DNA from: Schmidtea polychroa
Taxonomy: Eukaryota
Direction of reading: 5' to 3'
Assembly (NCBI GenBank): GCA_044892525.1
Contig: CM097885.1
Span: 49,664,001-49,724,000, forward strand
Length of the DNA: 60,000 bases
The position numbers and the translations under genes are program-made. Below the pieces are notes generated by a model. The model was given only the letters and a program-made list of their open reading frames with translations. It was not told where the DNA came from and did not search any database. Every line of letters starts with the position of its first letter. Within the stretch, counting starts at the first letter, position 1. Shown here one piece after another: positions 1 to 14,583 of this stretch.

Positions 1-787
1 GAAATGCTCATGGCAGATCCTGGTGTGTCAAATTTACGTACACATAGTGTCATGTGATTGTTTATTATGAACTAAAATTTCGTTTTTAATTAATTTAGGT
101 GTTTTCAAATAAACTAAAGTAATTTAAATGATTATTATTGTTATTTACCTGCATTGCTGTTGTTTACAATTGGGTTACAATGAAAAAAAAGGAGATAGCT
201 CTACATTCTACAAAAAATATATTAATCTACCTCTTTCCTCTCATTATACTATGTAGCAACTCAGTCTGTAACCGTATACCTGTCGTATACCGAAAAACAC
301 TATATTAGCGTTATGAATGTAATAGATGTAGACAGCAGTACTTTTCTGTAAATTTATATATAGACTGCTTTTTCCAACCAATGCACTATGTTCCAACTAA
401 CATTACGTACGTACACATAGTGAGACAGTAGGATGTTTTAAGTATCTGCACTCTCATTCATATTTATTATTGTTTAAGTTAATTCCTAATTTATTATAAT
501 TTTGTTACAAGTAGTAAACAGAAGAAAACAAAAAAAAATTTTTATGCCAAAATGTGCTTCTTATCTATTTGTGATTACACTTTATCTATTTGTGAAAACG
601 CTTTTTTAAAATTTAAAAACAAATGACATTTTCATCAAAGTAGGCGTTTTTTTGGTTTGTTTTCCCGTTGTATGAATCCCATGTATTAGTCTCATGTTTG
701 TTTTTGTTAAATAAACAACTAACGTGCGACTTTAAATATTACATATTATTCTTTTGAAATTATATTAAAATTATTTCACCGTAAAAA

Positions 788-2737
788 ATGGATAAATATT
801 TAAAACGACATTCCGATACTGATAGTTCAGCTAGGCAAGAAGAAGCAACTGGTTCAACTCAATTAGAACCCAAAAAAAAGAGATTGGAAAAAGGTTTGCC
901 GCAAATTTAATGGTAAATGGGAACTAGAATTTGCTGTAATGGAACAAAACCAAAAAACTGTATGTATATTGTGTAACAAAACTTTTAATGACAATGAAGT
1001 GGACAGCATAAAAAAGCATTATCAACAAATGCATAGTGAATTTGATTGTAAGTTTCCTGTCGGCAAACAAGTTAGAACGAATGAAATAACTCACTTAAAG
1101 TCAATATTAGAAGGACAGCAATCTTTTTTTAAACGGTTTTTAACTACATCCGAACTTATTACTTTGGCTAGCTACAAAACGGCTTGGATTTTAGCTCAAT
1201 AAAGAAAACCTTTTTCGGATGGAGAACTAATCAAAGAGATTGTCCTGTCTATTATGGAAATTTTACTTGAAAATTATGAAGAACCTTTGAAGAAAGATAT
1301 AATGCAAAAAATAGAAAACATGCAATTGAGTCACCAAACTATTGCTCGTAGAATGCAAGACTTGATGAAAAACATCAATAAGCAATTGCTCCAACATTTG
1401 AAAAGTTGTATATGTTTTTCTTTAGCATTAGACGAGTCATGTGACATCCGAGACACTGCTCAGTTAATTTTTTGGATACGCCTGGTTTCAAAAGACTTGG
1501 AAATATATGAAGAAATGTTAACAATCCGTGGAATGAAAGACCGTACTAGAGGCGTAGATATTTTTGAAATTTTCAAAAGTGTCGCTGAAGACTTTCAATT
1601 AGATATGACGAAATTAGTTTCTGTCACAACAGATGGTGCTCCAGCGATGCTTGGACAAAAATCTGGATTTGTCGGTATTTTGAAACAACAAACACACGTA
1701 TGCTTGGTCGCTTCTTTCCACTGCATGATACATGTGGAAAATATATGTGCTCAATTATCTGGAACAGACATTTTGAAAAATATGATGGATTTAGTTGTTA
1801 AAGTTGTTAATTATATTCGTAGTAGTGCTACAAACCATCGTCAGTTTCTGGAGCTTTTAAAGGAAATTGAGGGCACTGAATTTAAAGATCTGCTATTTTT
1901 TACAAATGTTCGGTGGTTAAGTCGTGGTAAAGTTTTGGAACGATTTGTATCATTATTAAATCCCATCCGAAATTTCTTTAAAAAAAAGAAATGCTTATCA
2001 ATTTTTCTGAAATAGAAAATAAGGAATGGCAATGCGATTTAATTTTTCTCACTGATATAACGTTACATATTAATGAATTAAATTTAAAACTTCAAGAAAA
2101 AGGAAAGCTAATATGTGATTTGGCACAGTATATACGAGAATTTGTCTCTAAATTAAAACTTTTTGTGACACAGTTAAAAGATTATGATTTCACGCATTTC
2201 GATAATATGGAAAAATATAAAGAAGATACCAATTTTAATATACAGCGTTATGTCGGATGGTTACAGAAACTACAAGAAAAATTTGAAGAACGTTTTATTG
2301 ATGTTGAGAAATTTAGACCTGCTTTTCAACTGATGCAAGATCCTTTCCATTTTGACATCACCAATTCTGAGTTGTCTAAAGATATCGCGAATTTGCTAAG
2401 TTTGGACCGACGTGATTTTGAAGCAGATATGCTTTTACTTCAAAGTCAGATCAATTATTCTAGAAACGATGAATCTATTTTAATGATGTGGACACGCCTC
2501 TTAAAGTCAAATGAGTTTGTGGTTCTCAACTCAGCTATTGCGAAACTATTGAGTATGTTTGGAACAACTTGGGTTTGCGAATCTACTTTTTCAGCTGTAA
2601 CTTTCATAAAATCAAAATACCGATCCAATATTAGTGATGAAAATTTGGAGGCAGAATTAAAATGTGCAGTTAGCGTGAGGTTTACACCAGATTTCAAGGG
2701 TATTGTGCAAGAAAAAAATTGCCAAGCATCACATTAA
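788..2737 (+). pseudogene. hAT (Buster/Charlie/SPIN, GTF2IRD2-like) transposase, disrupted
   Basis: ATG at 788. Contains a BED-like CILC..KHY, FSLALDES.D, LVSVTTDGAPAMLG, FHCMIH, VRWLSRGKVLERF and FGTTWVCESTFS. Broken by a frameshift near 880-900, an in-frame TAA at 1200-1202 and a frameshift at the A-run near 1980-1988. Confidence 0.9.
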
Positions 2738-2898
2738 ATAATTTTTGTATTTTGTGTTTAATCTTATTAAAAAAACTTGTGTAATTCCTAAAATTGATTA
2801 AAATAAAAAACTATTATAAAACATTTTGTTTTAAATTTATTTTAATGTGGCGAATGAAAATTTCTAAATTGACGATTGTGGCTACAATCAAATTTCTG

Positions 2899-2911
2899 TT
2901 GGACACCGCTG
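2899..2911. mobile_element. Right terminal inverted repeat of the hAT element
   Basis: TTGGACACCGCTG (reverse complement CAGCGGTGTCCAA) is Buster-like and is followed by TTATATAT (nnnTAnnn). No matching left TIR was found in the window. Confidence 0.6.
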
Positions 2912-3325
2912 TTATATATAATATATTATATAATATTATTTATAAAAACTTATAACTAATTACTATACAAGCTAGCTGGTGATTAAAATAAGTTTCATTT
3001 TGTAAAAGTTAATGTTAGTTCACAAAATAGGTTCCCGTCATTTTTTTCAATTAGCAACATAATTTTAAGAACATTACTACCTAGTATAATAGCTGGAGAT
3101 GAATAAATATTAAATAGTTAACAATCGTAACATGAACATTATATTATAGACTTTTAATAGTAGGCTTGTTTTGAATTCGCGTGCTGGGGGGGGGGGGGGG
3201 GGTCGCCAGATATATGAACCGCACAGGGCGCAATAATGCCTTGTTACCGGCCCTGGCATTTCCTAACAAGCGTAAGCAGAACTGTCTAAGGGAAGTCATC
3301 GAAATTTAGAATAAATTTAAGCAAA

Positions 3326-3809
3326 TGTAAAATACTTTTTTACGGATGTCTAACAATAAAATAATATAAACATTACAAGTTTTGTGATACCCATTGCAAA
3401 TCTTAATAGTAGAATAGTTTCGAACTGTTGACTCTCATCAGTACTATGCAGGAGACGCGAAGATTTCTCTTCGCCCCAGGTAAGTATACAATATTGCTGA
3501 TTCAACTCTATTGCATACTTTTCCTGCTACACTGGAAATCACATCACTTGCAAATTAGCTAAATCACAGAAAAAATATTTGCAAACTTGTAAACATGGCA
3601 TATGAACAATCATATTCGCCACTGGAGACACCCTCATACACAGAAACTGTTTACAAGTGCATCCGTAAACCTTTAGCATTTTTAACTTGTAATGGTGTAA
3701 AATATTTTTTTTCGGATGTCTAACATTTAAATAATAATATAAACATTACAAGCTTTGTGATACCCAGTGTAAATCCCAATAGTAGACTAGTTTCGAGTTT
3801 TTCGGCTCT
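3326..3809. repeat. Two ~110-120-bp direct repeats (3326-3447 and 3696-3809) carrying hammerhead motifs; Penelope-like/retrozyme relic
   Basis: Shared block tgtaaaata...cggatgtctaaca...aaacattacaag...tgtgataccca...aatagtaga.tagtttcga, offset about 370 bp. Confidence 0.75.
3406..3447 (-). ncRNA. Minimal type I hammerhead ribozyme (probably decayed)
   Basis: Minus strand reads ATAGTA-CTGATGA-GAG tcaacag TTC-GAAA-CTATTC-TACTAT: perfect 6-bp stem I, conserved CUGAUGA and GAAA core, short stem II. Confidence 0.7.
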
Positions 3810-5076
3810 AAAGTAGAATAGTTATTATTAAAAGTTATTAAATATTAAATAATGTTCTATTACTTTAAAAAATTTTAAAAATTTGCTGTGATGAATAATT
3901 TAAATAATAATATGGTAATATTACCAATAAATATTCACCTATACTTAGTCATATAATATTTTAATATAAAATTAATTGATATTTAATTTACTTTTACACT
4001 TACCAAATGGATTAATTTTACTATTGAAGTTTCTTTTATTTGTTTTATCTTGTTGGCAGTGATGTCGAAAAATATGAAATTTACATTTATAAATACTGAA
4101 ATATTTCGCTGCCTAGAAGACTTTTCAGTTTGAAAAGTACTGGTGTAGGTTAGGCATGTTAAAGTGGTAAGCCATGGTTACCTAGGAGGTCACGGTCAAC
4201 AGGGAGCCGCGAAGAAAGATTAGATGGTTACATAAAAATTATTGTAAATTGAATTCTTCTCAAATAGAATATTAAAAAGGTAACAAAAAAATGTAATAAA
4301 ATTTTGATATATCTGCGGTTGCGTAGTCTTATAATAAAAGTTTAAAATAGTTATCACAGAAACATTAACAGTAACGGGCCCGGAATAAACTAACTATTTT
4401 AATGGATTTGTTAAAAATGCGGTTATTTTGAATATTTTCTGTTGAGTCGTAATTATAATTCGGCAGGATGGAATTAGAAATCTAACTCCACGTGCTTTTG
4501 ATCAGAATAATAACTCAACACAATAATTTTTTATTATTACTAGAAATTACACTTGTTCAAATTTTCACTGATACTAGTAATCCCTTGCTTGATAATAGGG
4601 ATATGCAACCTTAAGTAAAAACACCTCAATCTGATTAACTCTGATAAAAATCTTTTTCCTAACATTTTAAATTTTCTAACTTTAAGCATAAAAATTTATT
4701 CGTTTTTTTTATTTTCGTCCAGAAAAGCGATTTGGTTTATTTGTTTTTTAAACCCCTTTACCTGTTTATCTCGACTAAAATTGGCTTGGACTATTGAATT
4801 TTAAACGGTAGACCCGAATATAATCGTTGAAATGTTATTGTAATTTGTATTGTATTATATTTAATATCTTTGTACATAATGTTGTCTCACTAAGTCACTT
4901 TTATATAACCCAACTCCAAAAGGATTCTCAAAATAAAATTCCAAGGGTCTTGGTTTCCGATTTATACTGACTACTAAATTACACATCTTACTGTGACACA
5001 CTTTTACCATTATTTTTACAATTCGGAGATAATTGATGAAATATTTTTATTAATGTCGATTTTAAAAAATTACAAA

Positions 5077-6307
5077 TTATCGTTGCCAAACATCCGCAAT
5101 TTCAATGTTATAAACGCATTTTGTTTCAGCTTTAAACGAAATTTTCCCATTGTATTTATGTTCTAGATCTTCAATCATTTCCAACAGTACGTTGTCCGTG
5201 TCATCGCTAGAGTCATAACAGGAAGAATTTGACCAGTGAGTTCTGATTCCACTGATACTAATGTAGCATTTATTACATCTCGGACAAATGAATGGCCTTT
5301 CGTTTGTATGTAACCTAAGGTGCAACTGTAAGTGAACGAGTTGTGTGAATTTTGTTTTACAAAATTCACATTTGAACGGTTTTTCTCCCCTGTGCAATCT
5401 CATATGAGTTTTCAGGTTGCTCGTACTACTGAAACGTTTATTACATACGGAGCATTCGTGAGGCTTTTCTCCCGTGTGAACTAAGTTGTGTTTTTGCAAA
5501 TGAGCTAATTGTGTGAAACCTTTTCCACAAGTTTGACATACAAATGGCCGTTCTCCGGTATGAGTTCTCTGGTGAACTTTGAGGTTTGATAGCTGACCAA
5601 ATATCTTTTTGCAAACTGAACAATTGTATTTCGACTTACCGTCAGTTTTTATTAGAGTATATGAAAGATGATGGCCGTTGATCTTTTCGTTAGAAAAAAT
5701 TTGTTTTTTGCTCAAAATAATATCTCGATTATTTTCGCTTAAAATCGACTTGGTCACAGCTTGTGAAATTGAACTATGAGGAAATATCTGTTCAGTTTTA
5801 CTGATGTTGCTAATGTTGAAATGGCTTGAGGATATCGAATTCATGGTCAAATGAAACAATTTATTTCTCCATATATTGCACCAGAAATTGTAGATGTGAG
5901 AATAATTATGAAAATTCTGAGATTGCTTTGGAGAAATTTGTAAAATGTTTTCTATTCGAAATTTCCAACTTCTTGATGAAACTGTGGGAATTCTGTTTGA
6001 AAGCGATTGATAAATGATTAGTTCAGTTTCCTTGAGTATCGGGAATTTTATATGAAGATAAACGACGCTTGCAGAAGAGTAATCTGTACAAATCGGGACA
6101 ACGTTTGATTCATTTAAAGAGGTGTTCTTTCTCATGACTTTCAGCCAGCTATTGGATGGGAAATTATCAGTTTTACTTAAAATAATTTCCTATAAACAAT
6201 CATAACAATTGAATTGTAAAATATAACATACTTACCATAGTTTCTATATCTATTGGACCCAATTTCAGAGATTGGTGAAGATCAATTTTTGTTTTAATTT
6301 GGACTAC
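5077..6307 (-). CDS. prdm1: PRDM1/Blimp-1-like C2H2 zinc-finger transcription factor (exons 6307-6236 and 6189-5077; further 5' exons not located)
   Basis: Five zinc fingers match the Blimp-1 signature ([40 protein letters not shown]). A GT-AG 46-bp intron at 6235-6190 keeps the frame and adds a degenerate PR/SET-like segment ([24 protein letters not shown]). Confidence 0.85.
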
Positions 6308-9300
6308 CTAAAATTCAGATACTCGTTAAAACAAATAATTTCCTTAGTTCAATAAATAAAATTTTTGAAAATTTTTTAAAAAATGTGTCTGATTTTTTTT
6401 AGTTATATTAATCGAATTTTGTTTTTTCCTTTACATTCAATTTTAATTTTTGTTAAAGTTTATGTTGTTTATTAATTCTTTAAAATTATTCATATATCGA
6501 ATCATATGAAATATTTCCACTCGTGGACATTATATATAAATTTTAAAAAATTTGTAGAAAATATGTATGAAATTATTTTTTTACTAAATTCATAAATGTT
6601 TTGGGGGAGATATCCCATATGATTCCGCAAATCTTAAGAATAGTTGAAAATAAAATATAGAAATACTGGAGTTTGTGAAGCATCACTCTAAATTTATATT
6701 AAAACAATGGGAAAATATTTCAAATCTCGTCAAGGGCGACTTTCCACTCAAAATTAAAATATTTTTTTCTATATTTTGCGCTTAACACTACTCGCTGGCC
6801 CAGTATTGCCCATGGATAAGAATTATATACATTTTTGATTAAATATATATATATATATTGTATTTAATCAATTTTAATGAAGAAATAATTTTATTAAAAG
6901 ACAAATTTTGAACTCAAATTATCCTCTCACAATTAATCAGAAATGATTTAATTGGTTACAATTATAACCAATAAAAATTCGTTTAGAAATAACTAAAAAA
7001 AAATTGTTCCAATAAAAAATTAATAAGTGCAATTAAAAGTTAAAATAAGGTGATTTAAAAAGTAGTAAAGGATTTTCATATGATCACACTTGGCACGCGT
7101 TAAAGACCCGCAAGTGCTTAAATCCGCCACTGCTTAAAAATTTGATTTATTTTTTAAATTAAATTGAAAATTTTAAAGATTTATTTGATAAATTTATATA
7201 AAATAAATCTTTTGATAATTTTTAGACGACGTACGGAAAAATTTTTATAGAAAATAAAATGTTATTTAAAATTTATAACTCAGTCTACTGAATTTAATCA
7301 GTAGTATAAATATAATCAAATATTTTATACCAAATAAAATTTAATATTTAATGAGAATGTCAAAAAGAAATTGTGGATACGTGTCTAAATATTTTTTCCA
7401 ATTTTCATTTTTATCGTGAAATTTTCATCAAAACCAGTTATTAAAAAAAGCAAAATCTAATTGAATCCTGGAGGTATTGAAAAAGTATTAATGAGCAATG
7501 AAATTCTAATATTGTGCACAAATTTTTTATTTTAATTGGTAATTATTCGAGAAATGTAGATTTATTTAATTCACTTGGAAAAATAATATGAAAATCTTTT
7601 CTAACAAATTTTCAATTATTTTTTGATTATTGAACTTTTATTGTTGTGTTATATGGACAGATAATGTAGTAATTTGGGACCTTCTATTTCACAATATTTA
7701 AGGGTACCATCGGAAATTTTTTAGCAATAACAATTGCTTTCTTATAACTAAGGTAACCGAAATGTAATAAATGAAATTTAAATGCAATTTTTCATCTATT
7801 TTCAATTTTATTTTAAATTAGAATTAGGGTGACCGAAGTGCAATAAATCAACAAATGCAACGTAAATTCAATTTTTCGCGTAATTAAAATTTTTCAATGT
7901 TTTAAAAAAAGGAAACTTTGGTGATTCGAATATTTCTGCCTACATGTTTTTATAATATAACTTATATTTGGATTCTGATATTGCAATTGACGATTTTAAC
8001 AAATAAATTTTATTTTTTTCTTGCAATTCAATGCAATTTTTTAATTTTAAATGAAATTTTGAAACTTTCCTTGTAACTTTAATTTTCTTTATCTTTATTT
8101 TTAGACTGAGGATAAATGAAATTTTTTCTCCATCATTTGAAACATACTTGAAAAGGTATGTGTCGAAAATTCGCTTTAAATAAATAAAACAAATGAAAAT
8201 AAAGGAAATTAAAAATGGAAAATAATCGATGGTAAAAGGTGAAGTGTTTTACTAAAAACTACATTTATTATTTAATTAATTAATTTTTTTTAAAAATAAA
8301 AAAAATTTCACTTGATAAATATTTTGCAGCAAAGGCTTATTCTATTATTTTTTTTAATTTATATATTTATTAATTTAATTTATGGAAAAACAAACGATAA
8401 TTTTATAATTATTATTTAAAACTCTAATAGTTTTGACAAGCAATTATTTTACACTTATTTCACTTAAAAAAACAAAAAATAAATAAAATTGAAAAATTTC
8501 TCGATTTCAATTATTATTACCTAATGCAATCGAAATTCAATTTTCCAAGCGAACAAATCAGAAAATAAACGAAATAGTCAGATTTTATATTTGACTGACG
8601 ATTTGAACAATTAGAATTTATAACAGTAATTAATAAATAATTAATAATGATTTAAACAAATATTATTATTTATTTGTGTGAAGCGACGGTAAAAGTAATA
8701 ATGCTAAAACATTAAATTCTATTATAGAACGTGTTTGTGTGTGCCATTATGTTTGTGTGTGTTTGTTGACGAGTGTGTATTGATATGCGTGTGTCGTTGT
8801 GTTGAAATTGATTAGACTTATCAATTTATCTATCGATTACATTAATTAACACTGACAGTGAGGAGATTTCGAAAATCAATATTTTATTAATTGATTAAAA
8901 CAACTGGAAGCCGTAAAAAAATTAAGGAAAATTATTGGTTTTATATATTTGATTTTTTGAATCGGTCCGTGCCTTTTGAAAGCTTAATAAATTATTCGAA
9001 AACACCACCATAAGCTGATTATTTTGACCCGATTTCGAGCGATATTAGAAACTACTCTCTCCGTCTCTAACTCTTTTTGGTCGTTTACTCAATTCGATTG
9101 CCTTGTCGATTCGAATAGCAATAATTGATCATTAAATTGTTGTCCTGTCACAGGGGCTCGTAAATCCAACTCCAATCTCTTAATTGTAGGTCTGTGATAT
9201 TTTTCTAATATCACCGTTTTCTCAAATAAAAATCATTTCTCACATTTCGACCCCACCAATGTATCGAATATTCGATTCGGGAAATCCTGTGGAAACAAGA

Positions 9301-11793
9301 GAGGAAAAAATTCGTGACCGAGATCTGGATTATCAACAACAACAAAGATAACTATCAATTGTTCGAGAGAAATTATTTCTATCTGTATTTTTGACTATTA
9401 TTGAAAATAAATTTGTTTTAATTAGTAGAAATTTTTTTTGTTTGGAAATTTTGCAGTGACAATTTTCATTCGATTGGTAAAGATCAAAATATTATTTCAA
9501 AGTATTATTTGTTTTGTTTATTATTTATTGTTGGATACTTTTGGTCTGTTCAAGGATATTTTGTTTTTGTAATTGATTGATAAAACAATAATTTAATTTT
9601 TTTTATTTGTATTTTCGATTATTGAAAATAATTGTTTTAAATAGAAAAACAATAGTAATAATTTTCATTTGATTGTTAAAAATCAAAGTACTATCTTTAA
9701 TTTGCGAAGCTTTTCCTGTTGAAAAAAATACTTGAAATAAGTTATTTATATATTTTAAAATAACACCGCCAAAATATTGAATATGAAAATTATCGAAGTA
9801 AAGTTTCAATTGATTAAAATATCACTATAAAATTTGGAGACCCAGTGCTAAGAATTATAAGGCGCCTTTAAAAATTGTTTTCAGATTTTTTATTTACAAA
9901 AATAAAAATTGGTTCATTTTAAAAGAAAATATTAATTCAATAATAAAAATGTAGAAAAAAGTTTTAAAAATTGAAAATTCTGATATGTATTAATTTAAAC
10001 AAATATGATCTATTAATATATTGATAGCTAAGCTCAGTAACCACAATGGATAAGAAGGCACTGAATATCAGTAGTGTAAATAAAGTTTATTTTTGTTAGT
10101 AAATATAATAGATATCAAAATGCAGTTAATTAAAATAAATGATTCAAATATGAATCTTGCGCATGTTACTTGTTTGATTGATGAAAATTCATTTATTTTT
10201 ATTCCGGCAAAAGATAAAGTTTAATTCTTTACAACACAAATTTTCGCTTTTGCCGTTATTAATTTTGGCCTATCAAGAAAATAACACTTGATAAAAGTAA
10301 AGCTGAAAATTTCTGTTTGATAGAATATTTTTTGATATTTTGTCAGGATGAAAGTATATAAAATACCATTAAAAAGATTAAAATACAACCAAAGGTGACA
10401 AAAAAATAAAAGAATTTTCTGATATGTTATTTGTTTTAATTAATACACTTTATTATTTATAATGTATTGTCAGGTCACATGTAGTCTAATTTATTTTGTT
10501 AGTTCAATTTATGAATAAAATACAATCGTTTTAATCGTACAAAACTAACGAAAAATTATTTTGCATCATCTGGTTTTTGAAGGGTGTATCCTCTTCTGAT
10601 TTATGGTTACAAATATTAGACAAGATATTTAGAATGTGAAATGGTTAAAATGGTTTGAGGAAAAAAAGGATTCTAAAACTTTTAAATGGCAACTCTGATT
10701 TAGTTAAATTACAACTGAAAATTTAGGCTTCTTTTTTACAACATTTAAGATAGAAAGTTAGTTCTTCTTGCTTAATTGACTTATGTTGTTGATATGAGAG
10801 TAATATGTTTTATTATAAAAAGAGATCAGATTCATATTCAAGTTCTTTTGTCTCCAATGTTAAAATAGAACTATTAGGATAAGTAGAAATAAAATTTTAA
10901 CCAGTCCTAATTTTTTTTTAAAAATTAAAAAAAAAATTCCCTCTGATTCACATAATTTGAAAAGACTTTTTCCTTGACCAAAAAAATTGTAATTGGATTA
11001 AAATGTTTTCTGAGGGTACGTTTAAAATAAATAGTTTAAAATCAAGAATCACAAAATAGTGAAAGTTTTTAAAAAATTATTAAAAACGAAAATTAACAAA
11101 AATTGTTAAATTAAAAAAATTATTTTGTGTTGTCTTTAAATTTGTATAGTTCCTAATAACAATCAACAATAATATTATTAATCGTGAATTGCAAAACATC
11201 ATTTTAATCTTCAATTATTATGAAACTATTATTAAAATTTTTATAGTGTTTATTTTTGAAAAAAAAATTGAATTTAGGATAGAGTACAAAAAAGTTCAAC
11301 ATAATTTCTGTTGGAGACGGATGGGGTAAATGCGATAAATTTATATTAAAAAATTTATTTCCTGTAAAATCAACTTATAAAATTTTAAATATAAATCAAA
11401 AATATAAAATAGTTATATTTCTTATTTTATAATATGATGCAAATGTAAATTTTTAATTTCATCTGGAATGATTTAAACAAATTTTTTTTTTATTTCATTT
11501 GTCTAAAATTATTATTATTTGTATTAATATTCGAAATGTTGAGATAAAGTCTAACCACAATAATATTTCAGAATCTAATTCTTGTAGTTTAAATTCCAGC
11601 AGAAAAATAAATGAAAAGGTAAAAAAGTGTCTGGAAGTCTGACTTATCTCTAATTGTAATTAAAACAAACAAAGTTGCATTTAAAATTCGCAAACTCTAT
11701 AATTGTTTCATATTTTTATTATATACTTTATCCTTCCTATATCTCAATTTTATGTCCGTGCGCCGAGTTTTCCTTTGACTAGCCAATAGTTAG

Positions 11794-11950
11794 TATAGGA
11801 TAATCCTCGAATAATGAGGTTAATTGGTTTCTTGTTATTTAAAAAAAAAATTTACAAATTATATTTCAAATTATTTAACCATTTTTATAAAATCAAAATT
11901 AATTGTTCAAAATTTAATTCAATTGCTGCCTTATTCGAGGGTTGCCTGTA
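11794..11950. mobile_element. Degenerate Tc1/mariner-pogo-type MITE
   Basis: Imperfect TIRs: tataggataatcctcgaataa and ttattcgagggttgcctgta, with TA at both ends. Confidence 0.45.
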
Positions 11951-14583
11951 AAAATTATTGAAATTTAGAATATTTAATTAAAACAAACTTTTATTTAAAT
12001 TAAATTATTTAAAATATTGATATTTAATTTATGTTAAACAAATTTTGAGATTTACAATTTTTTATTTATTTATATTTAATGGATAAAGTAATAAAAGAAA
12101 AAAAATTATTTAATTATTTTTCTAGAATCCAAAGTTAGTTTTTAGAAAATGCAAAGCACATTATATTTTACTCATTTAATATAATTTCAATGGAAAAAAA
12201 AATTTGCAATGAAAATCTTTTTTTAATATAAATTTGGATGTTAATAGGACTCGAAACGCTGTTTCGTTACGAAATTTGGACCTGATAATATTTTAATAAA
12301 ATTAGATGAAGTCAAAATATAATGTAAATAAGATGAAATTATAATGCTCAAAAGCCCTTTAACACCTCTGAAAAGAGCAAAGTTTAAATAATTGAAGATT
12401 TAATAAACGAAAACTGAATTAGGGGATATTACAGTCATTCCTCAAGTCTTATTCTAAGTTTGGTCTTAAGAATATATCAAAGAAAATAATTCTAAATACA
12501 GACCAGAGAAAATATTTAATCCTTCGAATGAACATGTATTTTGTTATTTTTTTGTTTGACAGTCCTTTATTTTATTAAAGTCCCTGGACTTCAATAATAT
12601 GGATATTGAATTTGCAAGAAATCGTCTAGGTTTTGAGGTGGCTGAATAATGGTATAATGGAGTTATTGGAAATGATGGATTTCTATCTGTTCAAAGCTTT
12701 GGATATATTATTAGGATGAAATATAAGGATATTATAAAATATGACACTCTTTCGCAGATCCTTCAAGAGGTTATTAACATATTCCCGTTACTATCTAATA
12801 TCCTATTAAAATAAAATGACATTTATGTTAGTTAAGTTTTTCTTTATTTTGATTAAAGATTAAATGTTATTTTGAAGCATAAGAATATCATAAATAGTTG
12901 GAATACAAAAAACCTATTTCAAAAATTTAATATAAAAAATTCAAAAATTATTTTATTTTGTTTTGGGTGATATTTATATAGCTCCTTTAATTCGAATGGA
13001 AAATGTTAAAATAAATCAAAATGTTATTTAAATAAATAATTGATTGTTTTATCCAAAAAAAATCAAATCATAAAAATGATTATTAAAACAAAAAATTCGA
13101 AAATATGCGTGATTGAAAATTGAAAAAACTCACAAAAATCAAAAGTAGAAAACAATGTTTTTGACACAATACACTGTGACTTCCGATAGAAGAGGTAATT
13201 TTAACATGCGATTATCATTCTAAAATTGTAATTTTAATTTCTAACAATATTAAAATTTAATTTATTTAAAACAAAAATAAAAATCATTCAAAACTTAATT
13301 TTTGTAAAATATAAATCAATTTAATTTTTAAAATTTCATTTTAAATATAACAAAGAAATATTTTAATAATATTATTAAACTAACGTTTTCTTCTTTATTG
13401 AAATCCACGTATAAAAAATGTGGTAAAACGTCAACATGCACTGAAATATATTTTTCTGTTTCTCGGGAATAATTCTTAATAAAATAATAATTAAATTAAA
13501 ACAATTAATAAATTTAAAAATGTATATTAAAAATTACCTCATCCATTTTATTAAGTATAATTTAATAGTGAAATTAATACATAAAATGCCTTTATTCATT
13601 TTATTCCGTGACTTCAACGAAATTTATTGGCTGCAATTAGAGAAAAATTAAAATTCTTTCAATCGACCAATCAAAATTGATCAATAAAAATTTTTGTTTG
13701 CAAACTTCACCAGTTAATTTTGGAAATTATTTTATTTCGATATTTAACCCTAAATAGAATACAAAGAAAATAAGTATTGGGACAGCAGAGAAATTCAAAC
13801 CCCTTTATGAAATATTTTTTTTATTCAACAAATGAACTTTTTTTATGTTGACAAAATAGATAGTTTATAAAATATATTTCAAGTGACATAAAGAGGACTA
13901 TAAAATATTAAATAAATTTGTCTGACTCCAATATAGCATTGAGGGTTAACTTAAACACACTACTTACAAAATAATGTTTAACGATTTTGTTTGAATTTTA
14001 CTAACAAATAAAAACCTCATTAAAATCATGAGAAACAAAGTCCACGTTATTTTTGCGTTATTATCAATAACCGAAAGTTAACTGAAATAACCTGATGCTC
14101 ATTTCTCTAGCTATTAAAAATAATTCGAAAGAAAACGTGTACAATTGAAACTTGACAGCAGTGACAAGGTTTACAGGTTCACCCACCCGTGACCGCAATT
14201 GCAAAATGAGCACTTGAAGTATTTTACATGGTTTTTTTACAAATTTTATTACATAGATTGAGTTAGAATTATCATAATGAAATGAAATTTTTTTCCTTTG
14301 TTTAACAATTATTATTTTGACTTGACTGTCATATTTTTAAATTTTGGTTGGATTTTTTTATAGTCAATTTAAACTGTAGTCAGAATGTTTTGAAGATTTT
14401 TTCAATTTCTAACTGAATTCTTTTATTTTTTTGCTAATTTTTGATCTGTTTTCTTTTTCCAACACGAATTTTCGAATTTCAAGTGTTATCAAATGTTATA
14501 CAGTCCATTGGGGCACTTCATATATCGGGGCAATTAATTAGAAGTCAGAAAGACATTTAAGTTGAAATTTAAAAAATTAATTG

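Noticed and set aside
3225..3256. Isolated hAT-like terminus CCGGCCCTG (also TCCGCCACTG near 7123-7132)
   Set aside because: No partner TIR or TSD found.
12300..12810. Coding-like degenerate stretch (similar ones at ~10560-10860 and 16600-17250)
   Set aside because: Multiple stops and no identifiable family by eye; needs tBLASTx against repeat libraries.
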